From Moniliella sp. 'wahieum' (lineage: Eukaryota), in the NCBI GenBank assembly GCA_003971905.1, contig RSEE01000038.1:372001-436000 (forward strand): a stretch of 64,000 nt of DNA, read 5' to 3'. A program made the position numbers and the translations under genes. The notes beneath the pieces were generated by a model. The model ran no database searches and was not told the DNA's origin. It worked only from the letters and a program-made list of their open reading frames with translations. Shown one piece after another: positions 1 to 12,260 of this stretch (the first letter of the stretch is position 1; every line of letters starts with the position of its first letter).

Positions 1-2546
1 GGGGTGAACGCTGCCACATGGATGCGTGGGCGGTTCGCCGTCTCAGGGAGGCCTTCCGACGGAGGGGCAGACGAAGGGCGCTTGAGCATCGGAACAGCCC
101 CCTCTTCGTCCTTGGAGGCCCTTCTGCGCCAACGTTGCCATGAGACAAGTCTTCTGTCTCCAGCTCGACAAGAGGGCAGTTGCGGAAAAAGTACCACATG
201 ATCAAATGGAGATTAGGCACAAATGCCGTAGACACCTCAAGTTCTGAAAGAGGCAAGGAAGAGGTTAGCAGGCACAGCGCCAAGAAAGGGAAAACGTACC
301 ATCGGTGCCAAGACTGTTGACCAGGGGGAAAATGCATTCGACAGCAAGGGGGAGTTCAATGTCAAACAGCCACTCGTACAGACACCGGGCCGCCAGAACG
401 CGGTGGTAGGTCATGTCCGACTTGGCATACATGAAGATGCGCTCGAGCGGGCTTAAGTTGCCATCGTCAAACTGGCCACCATCTTCATGGATCTCCTGGT
501 CGTCATCTCCTTCGTCAAGTGCGTCAGGCGGGGAAGGCATATCCCCGTCGCCATGGAAATCTTCCTCCTCGGGCGTGCTCTCGGCATCGGCTTGGTTCAC
601 ATTATCGTCCCCGTTAAAGAGAAGGGCAGGGTTGAACTGTAAAAAGGCACGCGAACCACGCTTGGACCGACGTTGGTACGCTCGTTCCAGGTCTTCGTAA
701 TCTTGCTCGGCCGTGGCCGGGTCATCGGCTAGAACATCCGTCTCGTTGGAGGGGGGTTCGTCGGCATTGGAGTACTGGTGGCGCGACATGCGAAGATGCT
801 GGGTCAAACGGGTCGTGTCGGGGTCATCGTCGTCCTCCATCACAGCCCGCACACGCGGGCAAGAGCGTGGCGCTGCCGCCGCTCTTGATCGGGAAGCTGA
901 TCAAACCCATCGTCTTCCCCGCCACTTTCTCCATCTGCATCCGACACCTCTTGCTCGTCATCCGTGTTGCCACCGACGCTGCCTCGGCCTGAGCCAACAG
1001 AGGCGGAGTCGTCCGACTCGGACCCCACGTCGTCCGGATCGTCACTCAATTCATACCCCGAACGCGGGGGCATCCCGATAAAGCTGCGCTTCTTGGGAGG
1101 AGACTGGGACATTTCCCCCGGACTCGTCCCTGTTGCATTCGGAAAAGTGGACGCAACGGACGAAGGGGATCCAGGGTGAGCGCTGGAATCGACAACTCCA
1201 GGAGGAAAGGCAACAGGGGAGCTATTTCCGGCAAACACCCCAAGTGCTGCATCCGTCGTCACGCGCATCCCAGCCAATCGAGGGGAGGACAGGGTTGCTG
1301 GTGCGCCACCGCTAGCAGCATAGATCCGAGCGGCACTCAGTCCAGGGCTGGCAGGAGAGCGGAGAAGGACAGGAGAGCTAGAGAGCCGGGCATCGGGGTT
1401 GGGCGTCAAAGCCGAAGGGGAGAGGGAGGGTGTGAGGCCAACCGAACCGGGGCTGAAAGCAGAATGAGGGAGACCATGTGCTTGCCCTGCCCGCTCATGA
1501 TGAGGAATGAAAATGGGAGCAGCGGGATGGGATTGCTGACGCGGGGAAGAGCCGTACGCATCGCTAGCATCGTAGCTCGACCGAGGGGGGACCCTCCAAA
1601 TTGGCAAAGGCGGTGGCTTGGGCTGGAGGAAGCCGGCCTGGTCCGTCGAGGGAGGACCCACTGGAAGCAGAGGTACTACTATTGGCGGAACTTCCTGAGC
1701 CAGACCGGGGCCGACGCGCGGAAGTGCGTCGGACCAACGCTCCAATGGCGGAAAGCTCACTTGAGTCTTGACCGACGCGAAGGGGAGAGCCAGAGATGGC
1801 AACTGGCTGCTGCCGAGGCGAGCGACGAGAGCAGCGGACGGCCATATCGGGAGAACGGCTAGCCCGACGAGCCAAGGGAACTGCAGAGGGTGATAACCTA
1901 ACGGGAGGCGTACTGGGCCGCCCTTGGCGGCCAGAGCTAGTGGTGTGGTCACTAGAGGAAGAGCGGCGACTGGAAGTGGGAGAGTGGACGGCGTTCTCCG
2001 ACCCAGGCCAAGCAGAGTCCCAAGGGTGGCCCGGTTCGTGGCCCTCTACACCGTGCGTGGAGGGGAGTGACTGGGGCGAGAGCGGCAGTTTTTCCGGGGG
2101 GGAGGCAGCATACTGGGCCAGCTGGGACGGCAGCGAAATAGGAAGGGATCCCGGAAGGGAGCTGGCACTTGCGCCACTGCTCTGGCGGCGGTGGCGCGAC
2201 ATGCGGCGCAAGGGCGAGGTGAGGCTGGAGGCGCGATAGGGGGACAGTGTTGGGGAAAGGGTGTCCGGTAAGCTGCCGGCCGTGAGCGGAGGGGTGGTTG
2301 GGAGGGCAGTGCCTGTGATGCGAGGAGAGGCGGCATTTGTCTGCCTGGACGCTGCGTCTGGGTCTGGGTCTGGGTCTGCGTCGGCATCGGCGGCAGCCCG
2401 GGCGGGGGCGGGCGACGAGGAGGTGGTGGTGGTGGCGGAGCGAGACGCGGGAGCGGGGATGGAGATGGGCTGGATGCGGGGGGAGGCCACAGCGGGTCGG
2501 ATGCGCCGGGGGGCGGGGGCGGCGGATGGCCCGAGGAGGGGGGCAT
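1..2546 (-). CDS. HEAT-repeat protein phosphatase regulatory subunit (PP4R1-like) with long S/P-rich N-terminus; 3' part lies outside the window; frameshifted
   Basis: Segment GNLSPLERIFMYAKSDMTYHRVLAARCLYEWL...AVECIFPLVNSLGTD, then intron 244-299 (GTACGT...GCTAAC...CAG), continuing ELEVSTAFVPNLHLIMWYFFRNCPLV. Upstream low-complexity ORF pieces; probable ATG at 2546. Confidence 0.6.
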
Positions 2547-3199
2547 GGCGGGGGATGCGACTGGGTTAGGCAGGAGGGCGTCAGATCGCAGAGCAGACGT
2601 GGCCCACAGGCGCCAGATACATACCAGGGCGAGGACGGAGCAACACGGCACAGCGACGACACAAGCACGGCGAGACGGGCACAGACAAGCGGGGCGATGG
2701 GCAACGAGGAGCAGCAGCGCCGCAGCAGATCGGCGGGCGAGGCGGGGCTCGCAGCTGACGGTTGGCCAGACAGCCGAGCACGGCCAGCCGAGCGGCCTCT
2801 TCCTTGCGCCAGCGGCTCTGCTCGGCTGCTCGGCCTGCTGCCCCCCCGCCGGCCGCCAGCAGAGTGTCCTTTTTTGCCCCGTTTTTCTGCCTCGCCTTTG
2901 CAACACTGCCTTAGGTAAGCCCACCCGCCCTCCGCCGCCTCGCCCCGTCGTCTGTCCTGCTGCACATGGCCGTGCCCGCCTCGCCAGCCCCCGCTGCCCG
3001 CTCCCCCACCACCCGCCCTCTTCCACGCCCTGCACCAGCCCCCGCTCCCCGTCTGCCCGTCCCCTCTCCACCGTAGTATCCATAGCATTGCCCCCCCCCC
3101 CCCCGCCCCCTTGAGCGCACACACGAGAGGCAAAAACATTGCATCCGCTCCCGTCCCCGCCGGGAACGCAAGGGCCCGGGCGTTCGGCCAGCAGCCCCA

Positions 3200-3987
3200 C
3201 TACTCGTCATCCGAGACATCCTCGTCATCCTCATCATCATCGTCTGCATCGCTTCAGTCAGTCCACCTGCCCCATCGCCCTGAGCGCCCGCCAAAGAGAC
3301 AGGCTGCCCCGCCCAGCACTCACCTGCAATGTCTGCCACGTCGATCCCCGCGGTCGCCTCGGCCTTGCGCAGGCTGTCGTACAGCTCCTTCCCCAGCGGA
3401 GTGCTTGCATTGACAAGATCCACCGGTTTGTCCCCATTCTTGTTAACTTCGCGAGGGTCGGCACCCGCTTCGAGCAGCTGCTCCACTACCCAAATCAGAT
3501 GCCACGTCAGTCTCCCAAACTCGACACAAGAAATCTCGCCTGCACGTACCGACCCAGTTGCGCAAATGCTCGTCCTGAAGCTTGTCAATGGCCTCGTGGA
3601 GCGGAGTGTTACCGTCGAGGCGGTTGTGCAGGTCCACATCCACCGCCTCCTCTAGCAGCTCGGGGAGAACTGTCGTGGCGCCCGCGCCTGCAGCATAATG
3701 CAACGCCGTGTTGCCCAAGCCGTCCTGAAAGTTCACGTCAAACGTGTCAGCTTAGAGATGATCTCCTGGTACATCTCTTCATTGTCTGTGCGTGCCGCAA
3801 AGAGCAGGCGCTGATCTGGCAAACAGAGGAGACTAGGTTAGCACACCACTGACAAGCACCGCCACGACAGCCGCAGCTGCAGTGACGGGATGCGGAGTAC
3901 CTCGGGGGGAAAGATGCATGGTATGGCATGGCGCCCATGTCCATGCGCACCAAGGGACTTACTTGGACTGGCCCCTTGCTCCGACAT
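3200..3987 (-). CDS. Small ankyrin-repeat protein with acidic tail (4 exons)
   Basis: Ankyrin motifs NFQDGLGNTALHYAA, NRLDGNTPLHEA and LLEAGADP. ATG at 3987; introns with GTAAGT (3962), GTACGT (3549) and GTGAGT (3323) donors; ends DDEDVSDDE-TAG at 3200. Confidence 0.8.
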
Positions 3988-4324
3988 GGTCGTCTAGCCG
4001 TTCCAGTTGAACGCGTTGGTTGCTTCAGCGCAGCTGAGGGCGGTAACCTGGCTAGGCAGAGCGGGCTGGCGTGGCGGGCGTGGCGCTGCCTCTTACGTAT
4101 GCATCTGTGATAGATGGGTGCACGTGACCTGTGATGATCAAGCAGAAGGAGCAGTGCCAGTAATATGTGTAAGCGTTAGCGCGTAACGTTTCGCCACGAA
4201 CGGTAGCTATACACACAAGCTAAAGAGAGGTGTTATAAAACTGAGTATCAGCTGGCAATGCACGGAAAGGGCAAGTTGCGGCGCTCAAGCGCTCAGCCTA
4301 GCTATGGACAACGGGGTGTGTCCC

Positions 4325-4330
4325 AAAAAA
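4325..4330 (-). terminator. RNA polymerase III terminator (T6) of the tRNA-Val gene
   Basis: Six A on the + strand directly after the tRNA discriminator base. Confidence 0.75.
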
Positions 4331-4427
4331 TGACTTCGCCCGGGCTCGAACCGGGGACCTTATCCGTTAACTTCGCAAGAAGAGCCGTTGTTAAGGATAC
4401 GTGATAAACCAACTACACCACGATGCA
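4331..4427 (-). tRNA. tRNA-Val(AAC) with 22-nt intron (4367-4388); acceptor stem imperfect
   Basis: A box TGGTGTAGTTGG, anticodon stem TATCC/GGATA with TT-AAC-A loop, intron after position 37 containing GTTAA complementary to the anticodon, T arm CCCGG-TTCGAGC-CCGGG, followed by a T6 Pol III terminator. Confidence 0.88.
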
Positions 4428-5250
4428 GTGGTCTCAGTGTGGTCCCAACGCATTAGAGCATGTTTCTTGATTGTTTTCATGGCAATATCGTTTCCTTCTA
4501 TTTTGCATGCCCTTGTTCGCCCAACCGCAAAACTCGTCCCTTTTCTTCAGAGGAACAAATCACGAACACAGAGTATAAGGTCGAGGAGAGAAGACAAGGA
4601 GGAGGCGAATATAACACTGAGGGGTACAACTAAAGACGAAGGCATCGAGGACAAGGTAGTGGCTTGGTGCTGCTCGGCGACGTGGAGAAAACATGGAAGA
4701 GAGGAGTGGATTACCTCTTTGCGCCCGCGTTTCAACGTTCAACGTTCAACTGCTGGGTACTAAGAGGTTTTGGTTCGAAAGGTTTCCTCCAAGGGAGACC
4801 AGCCCAAAGGGGGGAGGCTACGTCCGTGTGTGCCGAATGTAATTGCGCACCGGGGTTGCAGACCGAGGGAGATGAGCTTGGCGCACGCTTTGCTCTCCTA
4901 CAAATTCCGCCAACCTCTTGGCTTCCGTGCCCGGCGAAACCATGACCTGCGGAAAACTTAGCTGTGTCCTATACCTGAGTCCAAGCTCGTACCACAGATG
5001 ATTATTCGCTCCCACCATTTTGAGTCCCCGTTGTGTGTACAATCCATCTGTGCACATGTAGGCGTAGCACGACGTATGCAGGACAATGATCATCCACGGT
5101 GCGACTAACCCACCAAGTGTCGAGATGAGGGTTGAGAACAGCAGAGCATCCGTAAACGAAAAACAAACAAATTGAGTGACTGATTACTGGCACGTGCAAA
5201 AGAAGTCAGCCAACTGTCCCCGCGGGAGCAGGGGAAATGCAGGTATGTTT

Positions 5251-6770
5251 TCAAAGCAAGAAGGCGACGGTGCCGAGAGCCAGGAGAAGGACCGGCCCTG
5301 TGACGGATGTGCGCATCGCACCTGACTGTTGGGAAGAGGAGGAGGTAGGTGCGGACCCGAGCCGGAGCGTGCCGCCGAGGCCGGGGGAGACGACGAGGCG
5401 GTACTCGAGGAGACTGCCGAGCCCGAGGGAGACGAGGAAGCGGTAGTCGAGGAGGCTGCCGAGCTCGAGGGAGACGACGAGACGGTACTTGAAGAAGCTG
5501 CCGAGCTTCCACTCCCGCTGCCTGCCGGCGCATCCACATGGTCATCAATGCCCTCGACAAAGAGACGGTACTGGCTCTGCGGGTCGGAGAGCATGGGTAA
5601 TCTTGGTGGGAGTAAGGAAGAATGTCGAGGGTAAAGCTGGCGGGGTTAAAGGGTTTGTATGCGTTTTCCAAATTCGTCCCACGAGAGAGATGGTCCGATC
5701 CCTCGCATTGCGCAGGCGGCTTCGTGTCACCAGCGCCATTGTCTTGGGAACCGAGAGCGTGGTGCATGGTCCTCGAAAAGTAGCGCTGAATCGTGGCGTT
5801 GCGGTCAAAGCCGTTCTTGGCATAGGCAGGTACACCGTCCAAGCCGTACGGCCAAGTGTCGAACCCGGTAGCCGGGCACTGCCCCTGGCCTGGCGAGACG
5901 GGGCGGTCGGTGGTGGGCCAGGTGTAAGAGCCACAGTTCCCATACCAGAACGTAGGTTGCGTCATTAGGTCCGGGCTTGCGCAACATGGCGTACCGTTGG
6001 GTAAAGGAGCAACCCAGGAGTGGCCAGCCAGGACAATGTGTTCACATTGGGGTAAGTTGTGCGGTTGAAAAACAGGTCGAGCATCTCATCAAATGCACGG
6101 AAAGAGGACACCGATGCATTCCCCGGGCCCCGTGAGATTTGTCCCTCCGCCCAGCTTCCCGATCCAAAGTACAAGTCCCCATCTTGAACGGCACCGGCGG
6201 ACTGCTCCAACGTGGACTGCCAAGCAGGCGCAGCAACAAGGATGGTGGACAAGTCTACGCCCAGGGTGGCATGTTGGCGGCGAGGAGATCGTTGCGGGCC
6301 AGGCTGGCGTACTTCCAACTATCGCGGGGCTTGCCGGGCTGGATGATAACGACGCGTTTGATCTTGGTTGGATCTTTCCCCGTCTCGACATAGTAGGGAA
6401 GGATGCCGCCCTGGTTGGGGTCGCCTACGTAGAGATCACGCTTGAGGTCAAAGCCGAGCAGTTGGGGAAGCTCCGTCCAGCCCGTGGTCTGGCTCCCGCC
6501 TACCTGAGGCGAACCAATAAGATGGGTTGCTGCACCACTCTTTGGGAGTTTTGCGCCGCGTCCTGGCCTTGAAGAATGACGGTTTGCCCTGCGGCGTCCT
6601 GGGCGGGCGCCAGGGGGGGCATCGCCGTTTTTGAACTTGGTGGCCAAGTAGCTAGCTGGGTCCAGAGGGTCAGCCCCGCTCTGCCGGGCAAGCGGGACAT
6701 GCTGGACGGGTTGGGCACGGGTTGCCGCTGCAGCGAGGCTGACTGCGACCAGTGGAATCGACAGACGCAT
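5251..6770 (-). CDS. Secreted, probably GPI-anchored alpha/beta-hydrolase-like protein with Ser-rich stalk; frameshifted
   Basis: Signal peptide MRLSIPLVAVSLAAAATRA; globular segments KRVVIIQPGKPRDSWKY, VSSFRAFDEMLDLFFNRTTYPNV, a GHS-containing stretch near 6020, FWYGNCGSY and DTWPYGLDG; Ser-rich tract 5380-5520; hydrophobic C-terminus SGAMRTSVTGPVLLLALGTVAFLL-TGA (5251). Confidence 0.65.
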
Positions 6771-7375
6771 CTTCTCTGACCTAGTTGGTGTGGGGGGAAC
6801 GAAGCGACAGCGACTGGCGGGCACGGTCTGGCGAGTAAGGTGTTATGATTCGATGACGGATGACGGACACCGGTTGGTCTCTGGAGCGGCCATAATGTGT
6901 CCCGCGCCCAGTGCTGTGGAAAAGCCCTCGGCACGCGTCACGTGTGCTGCATCATGCATCGCGGGTAGCGCCAAGCCTTGGCGTCTGACTGCGCTCCGGC
7001 AAGGCTGCTGCGAAGCCAAGGGTGCTAAGCGCTAAGGCCGAGTGTTGCATGTTGCGCTCAGCGCGCTCAGCTCAGCGCAGTGCTGCCGTGAATACTGAGT
7101 GTGCGCGGAGTGTACAGAGCCACCCCCAGGGGGGCTGTGATATGATCGATGAAGCTTGGAGCTTGGAGCTTGAAGTGGGAGGGCAGCGCAAAGCACGCAG
7201 GCAGGCGCCCGCAAGAAGCACTTCGCCTGGGGGCAGTGTGCCATCCGGCCGATCCAACAGGGTACCCTATACTGCCTGAGGCGCGAGGCCGATGAGGCTG
7301 AGCTCGCCTGTGACCTAGTGACAAATGGCATGTCACATCTGACACTGGAAGCGCCTTGACTAGCTTGAAGCTTGA

Positions 7376-7534
7376 TGTTGACATCCGTCCTAGGACCGCG
7401 CGGACCCTGAGTCACGTGAGTCAGCTTTCATTCCTTCCGAGCTCGCACAGTCTTCTGGACGAGTCAGTCGCAGAAGCTTCTTAGTCAAATACGACGTTCA
7501 GTGCTCACATTCTGTGGTAGTAGCGAGGCCGACA
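7376..7534 (+). repeat. 5' LTR (159 bp)
   Basis: Direct repeat of 12255-12414, differing by one 1-nt indel and one substitution. Confidence 0.97.
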
Positions 7535-7587
7535 GAGTTACTCCTTATCTGCTCATCCCTGAGCTGGCCAAAACTACACCCACAACC

Positions 7588-8819
7588 ATGGGCGCCAACG
7601 CTAACACCGATCTCTCGGTCAGCGACACCACAATGGTGAACAAGCGCGATTACTGGACACCAACCGGTCGCGATCCGCCACCGATTGGCACCGACAACGA
7701 GGAACTCATGATGCTTTGCGCCGAAGCGCACCTGTGGTTCAAGAAGACGAACGACATCGATGTCGTTAAAGAGAAGATCAACAGAGCTATACACGACAGA
7801 GCCGAGTGGCTTGGATGGAAGGACGAACTACGTCTATCACGACAAACTGGGGTTCGAGGGCTACGAATTTGTGGTGCAAAACATCCACCAAATGGAACTC
7901 AACCCAACGCAACTTTGGGGCACCTACAGGCGCAGCCTCGCGACCCGAGTACGACCTTTACAGATCACTACGCGAGTCTCCACCAAGAATATCAAGTGGC
8001 CTGATCTGAACAAAGCCCGTCCGCCTAACAGCGCTTGGGAAGAGAATTTCTTCGCGATAACAGATGCCCACCCCACGCAAGCGACGTCGTCCAGAATGGT
8101 CGCAGCTCCCGCTACTTCACCGAGGACCTCGACAGACGCTTGCACAACCTTCTTAGGGAAGCCATGCCGTCAACCCTCTTCCGGACGATCCGCACCCACC
8201 ACGAAATATCATGCACCCAGGACACGCTGAACATGCTGCGTCAGCGGTATGGATATACGCCTACCGCAAACAGAGGGCCTCTACTCATTCGCTACTTTTC
8301 GGCCGACCAAGGAAACCGATCGGTCGAGACTACCTCGACTACATGGAAGAGATCAGTGCAAGCCTGACGCGAGCGGGCATCCCACTTACGGAAGAGCAGG
8401 AACGCACTGGGATCCTACTCGGCTTACGCGACATGAGCATTCGCCAGCGTGAACGCTCGAGTCTAGACAAGTTACGGCAGGCCGTGATGGACATACCAGC
8501 CGCCACGTATCCCGGTGGAGAAAGGAAGAGAAACGGAGGCAAGCCGGTCAACGGAGGAACGCCTTGGACTCGACCCGACAGCGGGGGACGACCCACCAGC
8601 GGGGAAAAAACTCCAGCGGGGCAAAGCCGGCGACGACAACCTCGCGGACACAAAGACCAAGGGGCAAGACCGCACCAACCACCCTGGCGCAGCGCGACGT
8701 CTAATAAACCTGTTGTCCCTCCGCGCAACCCAGGCCGAGCCAACGCTCACGTCGCTCAGAGAGCGAGCTCTCCCGAGTCTGAAGTGATTGACGTTGATGC
8801 GGGCACAGCTGACTACTAG
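7588..8819 (+). CDS. gag: Gag-like ORF of the copia element (frameshifted pieces), ending in TAG
   Basis: Located between 5' LTR and protease; pieces such as TQDTLNMLRQRYG and DYLDYMEEISASLTRAGIPLTEEQERTGILLGL resemble copia gag (UBN2-like); basic, R/P/G-rich C-terminus with no CCHC knuckle. Confidence 0.7.
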
Positions 8820-11800
8820 GAACTCGGGGGCGAAATGCGAATCATCCGGGCATTATATGACAGTGGGGCATTCCCATCCATTTGGAAAGACAAATCCGTC
8901 TTCACATCCATGACCCCTTGCGACGACGAGATAGAGGTTGCTAACGGGACACATGTAAAGGCGGAAGGACGAGGCACGGCCACAATCCGTATCCGATGCT
9001 TAGGAGGACACCAAATGGAGATAAAACTCCCCAACAGCCTATACATGCCCCGTTTCAGCCGAAATCTCGTCAGTGTAGCACACCTGTCGAACACCGGAAT
9101 CGCATCATACTTCGCCCCACACCAGAAGGTATCTGGCTTGGTAACCCAGGATCCACCCTACGAAAAGTAACCGGCAGTGACTATCAATTCACGATCTTAC
9201 ACAACCCGCGAACGCCACCCACACCCCTGCGGGCCATGGCGACCAAACCGATCAAACCGGCCGACCCACCCTCAACCCCAAACTCCCTCGCAGCATCCCT
9301 GGCCCTGGACCACGTCTCTAAAGCCCACAAACGCTGGAACCACGCAGCCATCGACCTCCTCCCCTGGCTTACACGATCGGAAACCGCAGGCCTCCGCGTC
9401 ACAGCCAAGCATATCTCCCTCTGTCGTTCAGAGTGGGATTGCCCAACATGCGCGGTGGCACTAGCGACAGCATCGCCCCATCCGAGCCGGGACCGCCTCC
9501 GATCCAAAAGACCTTTCGAGGTCCTCCACGTCGACGTAGTAGACCTCCCCCGGGTAACCGGCATGGGGCACGGATACGCCCTCGTCGCCGTTGATGACTT
9601 CACGCGGTACGTCTTCCACCACAGCGATCCCGACAAAGGGCGCTGCAACGAAGGAACTGCGGAACCTCATATTGCGGGAGCAACGCTACGGCCCGGACAG
9701 ACTGCTGCGGACTTTGCGCACGGACAACGCCCCGAATTGACAAGCGCACTGCAACCTTTTCTGGACGAGCAAGGCATCACGTCAGAACGGACAATCCCGG
9801 GGCAGAGTGCTAGCAACGGTGTGGCTGAGCGTGCCATCCGAACCATAACGACTCGTGCAAGGCAGTTGCTCTTGGGTACAGGTCTTCCGACGTCGGACTG
9901 GTGGGAACACAGCCTCCACGCTGCGTGCTTCACCCAAACCAAATGCCACTCAAAACATCCGGGGAAGACAACAATCGCGATTTGAGCGACAAAGGCCACG
10001 CATACTCGTTACCGATGCAACCCTTTGGCCGCGTTGCATACCTCCATCTGCCCGAGTCACGCCGCGAGCACAAGCTCAGCGCGCGGGCAGAGGAAGGTAT
10101 GCTGGTAGGATACCACCATCAGCGCGGATCAAAGGGATGGCTCTTCGCCACATACCAACCATCCCTGGGTACCTTCACCTACCGCTGGTCGAAACCGTAC
10201 AAATGGGGCAACGCCATCTACCCCCATCTCCACCCCGACCACTTCCCACCCGACATCTCCAAATCACCTCAAATTAAAATCGACAGTGAAAAAGACGATA
10301 ACCCTACTCCGCCAGCCGCGGCAGCACCCATGCCCCGAACCGCCGCCACACACCCCCAGACACCCGCTCCCACCACCACCCCCCTCCGCGCCGCTACCCC
10401 CTCCGCCAGCGCACCACCCGCACCTCCCTCGACCTGCACACACTCCCAATCGCTGACGACCCCACCGACACGACCTACCATGCTCGTGCTGCAGCCGCCA
10501 CGCCCCACTGCGCCGCACCAGAGATCGGCATCGCCCGCCCCCTACCTGACACATCCGCCCCCCCGTTTGCCGACACAGTTCAACCTCCCGAATACGCCGC
10601 CATGACTGCTCTCAGCGCACCCATCCACCCGGACACGGTTCAGCTCACCAAGGATGGCGTACCCCTCGCTCCCAAGACGCTCAAGGGTCTCGAGACTCAC
10701 CCCTCCTTTGCCATGGTCAAGCAGGCTATGGCCGACGAGGTGGCCACACTCGCGCGATACGGCACCTACGAGGCTACGTACCCACCACCGGGTGCACAAA
10801 TCCTCATAGGACTATGGCGCATCACCACAAAGACGGACGCCGAGGGCCGGTTCCTGCGCCACCGCGCGCGCTTTGTCGCGGGCGGACACCAACAATCGGC
10901 CGAGACTTGGGGCCAGACGTTCGCACCATCGGTGCGCACACCTGCCATCCTGACCCTCGTCGTGCTGGCCGAGAAGTATAAGTTTGGCCTCTTCTCGGCG
11001 GACGTCAATGCAGCGTACCTGAACGCCCCCCTCGAAGAAGCAGTCTACATCCGCCCACCCCCCTACTTCCCCGAAGCGGGTGGTCGCGTGTGGCGTCTCA
11101 AGAAGAGTCTATACGGGCTACATCAGAGCGGAGCAAACTGGGCACGATACATCCGGAACCTGCTGCGTGACAAGCTCGGCTTCACGCAAAGCTTGACCGA
11201 GCCCTGCTTGTTCGTGCGCGCTGCACCACCGGGTGAGCAGATCCTCCTGGCGGTCCACACCGACGATCTGCTCCTCGCATGCAAGTCACACCAAAAGTAC
11301 GAGGAGTTTATGGCCGAGATAAACACACACATTGATGTTCGTGGTAACGGTCCCCTTCACTACCACCTGGGATGCCAATACGATCGGATCGGTGGGGAGC
11401 TGTACCTGAGCCAACCAAAGTTCATCGAGGAAGTGGTGGCAAAGCACCACATCAAAGCCCCGTGGATCCGGACTCTCCCACATCCCGTACGGATGATACC
11501 GCCCCGTGCCGACCCTGAACCCCCATCCCTCCCAGCCTTGCGCAAGGCATATCAGGGGAAGATCGGATCGGGACTGTGGGCTGCACGAATGGGCCGGCCT
11601 GACTCCCTCTTCGCTATCACGGCCCTCAGCAGAGCCGCTGCCGACCCATCGCAGCAGCATCATCAAGCAGTCGATGACTTCCTTCGCTACCTGTACCATA
11701 CTCGAGGAAAGGGCCTGAGGTTGACCCCAACATCAGATGCACCGGCCATTGCGCTGTATACAGATTCCGACTTGGCGGGAGATCCCATCCAGGCACGCTC

Positions 11801-12260
11801 CACATCTGGATGCCTACTGATGGTGTACGGTGTGCCGGTGTCGTGGCGATCCATTCTTCAGCCGAAGAGCGTTACCAGTACCGCCGCCGCCGAATATACG
11901 GCAGGATATGATGGACTGGTTGACGCCAACTATGTCAAGAACATCATGATCGAGCTTGGGGCCATCGGCGAGGGTACACCCATTCATTGGTATTGCGACA
12001 ATAAGTCTGTCGTCGATCTCGCCCACAAATTTGGCAGCACCGGCAAGCTCCGAGAGCTGAAGATCCGGTACCACAATGTACGGCAACACGTGGACTCGGG
12101 CGAGGCCATACTTGTACACATCCCCGGCGAAAGGAACCCAGCGGACGTCCTCACCAAGCCTCTCGGCCGTCCCGCCCTGACAAGCCATCTTGCTCAACTC
12201 CGCGTCGAGGAGATGGATCCAGTCCACATGACTGGGCCCTCCGGTCAGCGGGGGTGTTGA
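8820..12260 (+). CDS. pol: Pol polyprotein: aspartic protease, integrase, reverse transcriptase, RNase H (PR and IN frameshifted; RT-RH ORF 10602-12260 intact)
   Basis: PR LYDSGA; IN HKRWNH...CPTC, LHVDV, LRTDN, SNGVAERAIRT; RT RARFVAGG, DVNAAYLNA, LKKSLYGLHQSG, VHTDD; RH YTDSD, AEY, CDNKS, NPADVLTK. Confidence 0.95.

Noticed and set aside
7543..7552. CCTTATC after the LTR matching the nearby tRNA-Val gene as a PBS
   Set aside because: Only 7 nt, not adjacent to the LTR end, and not positioned at a tRNA 3' end or anticodon cleavage point.
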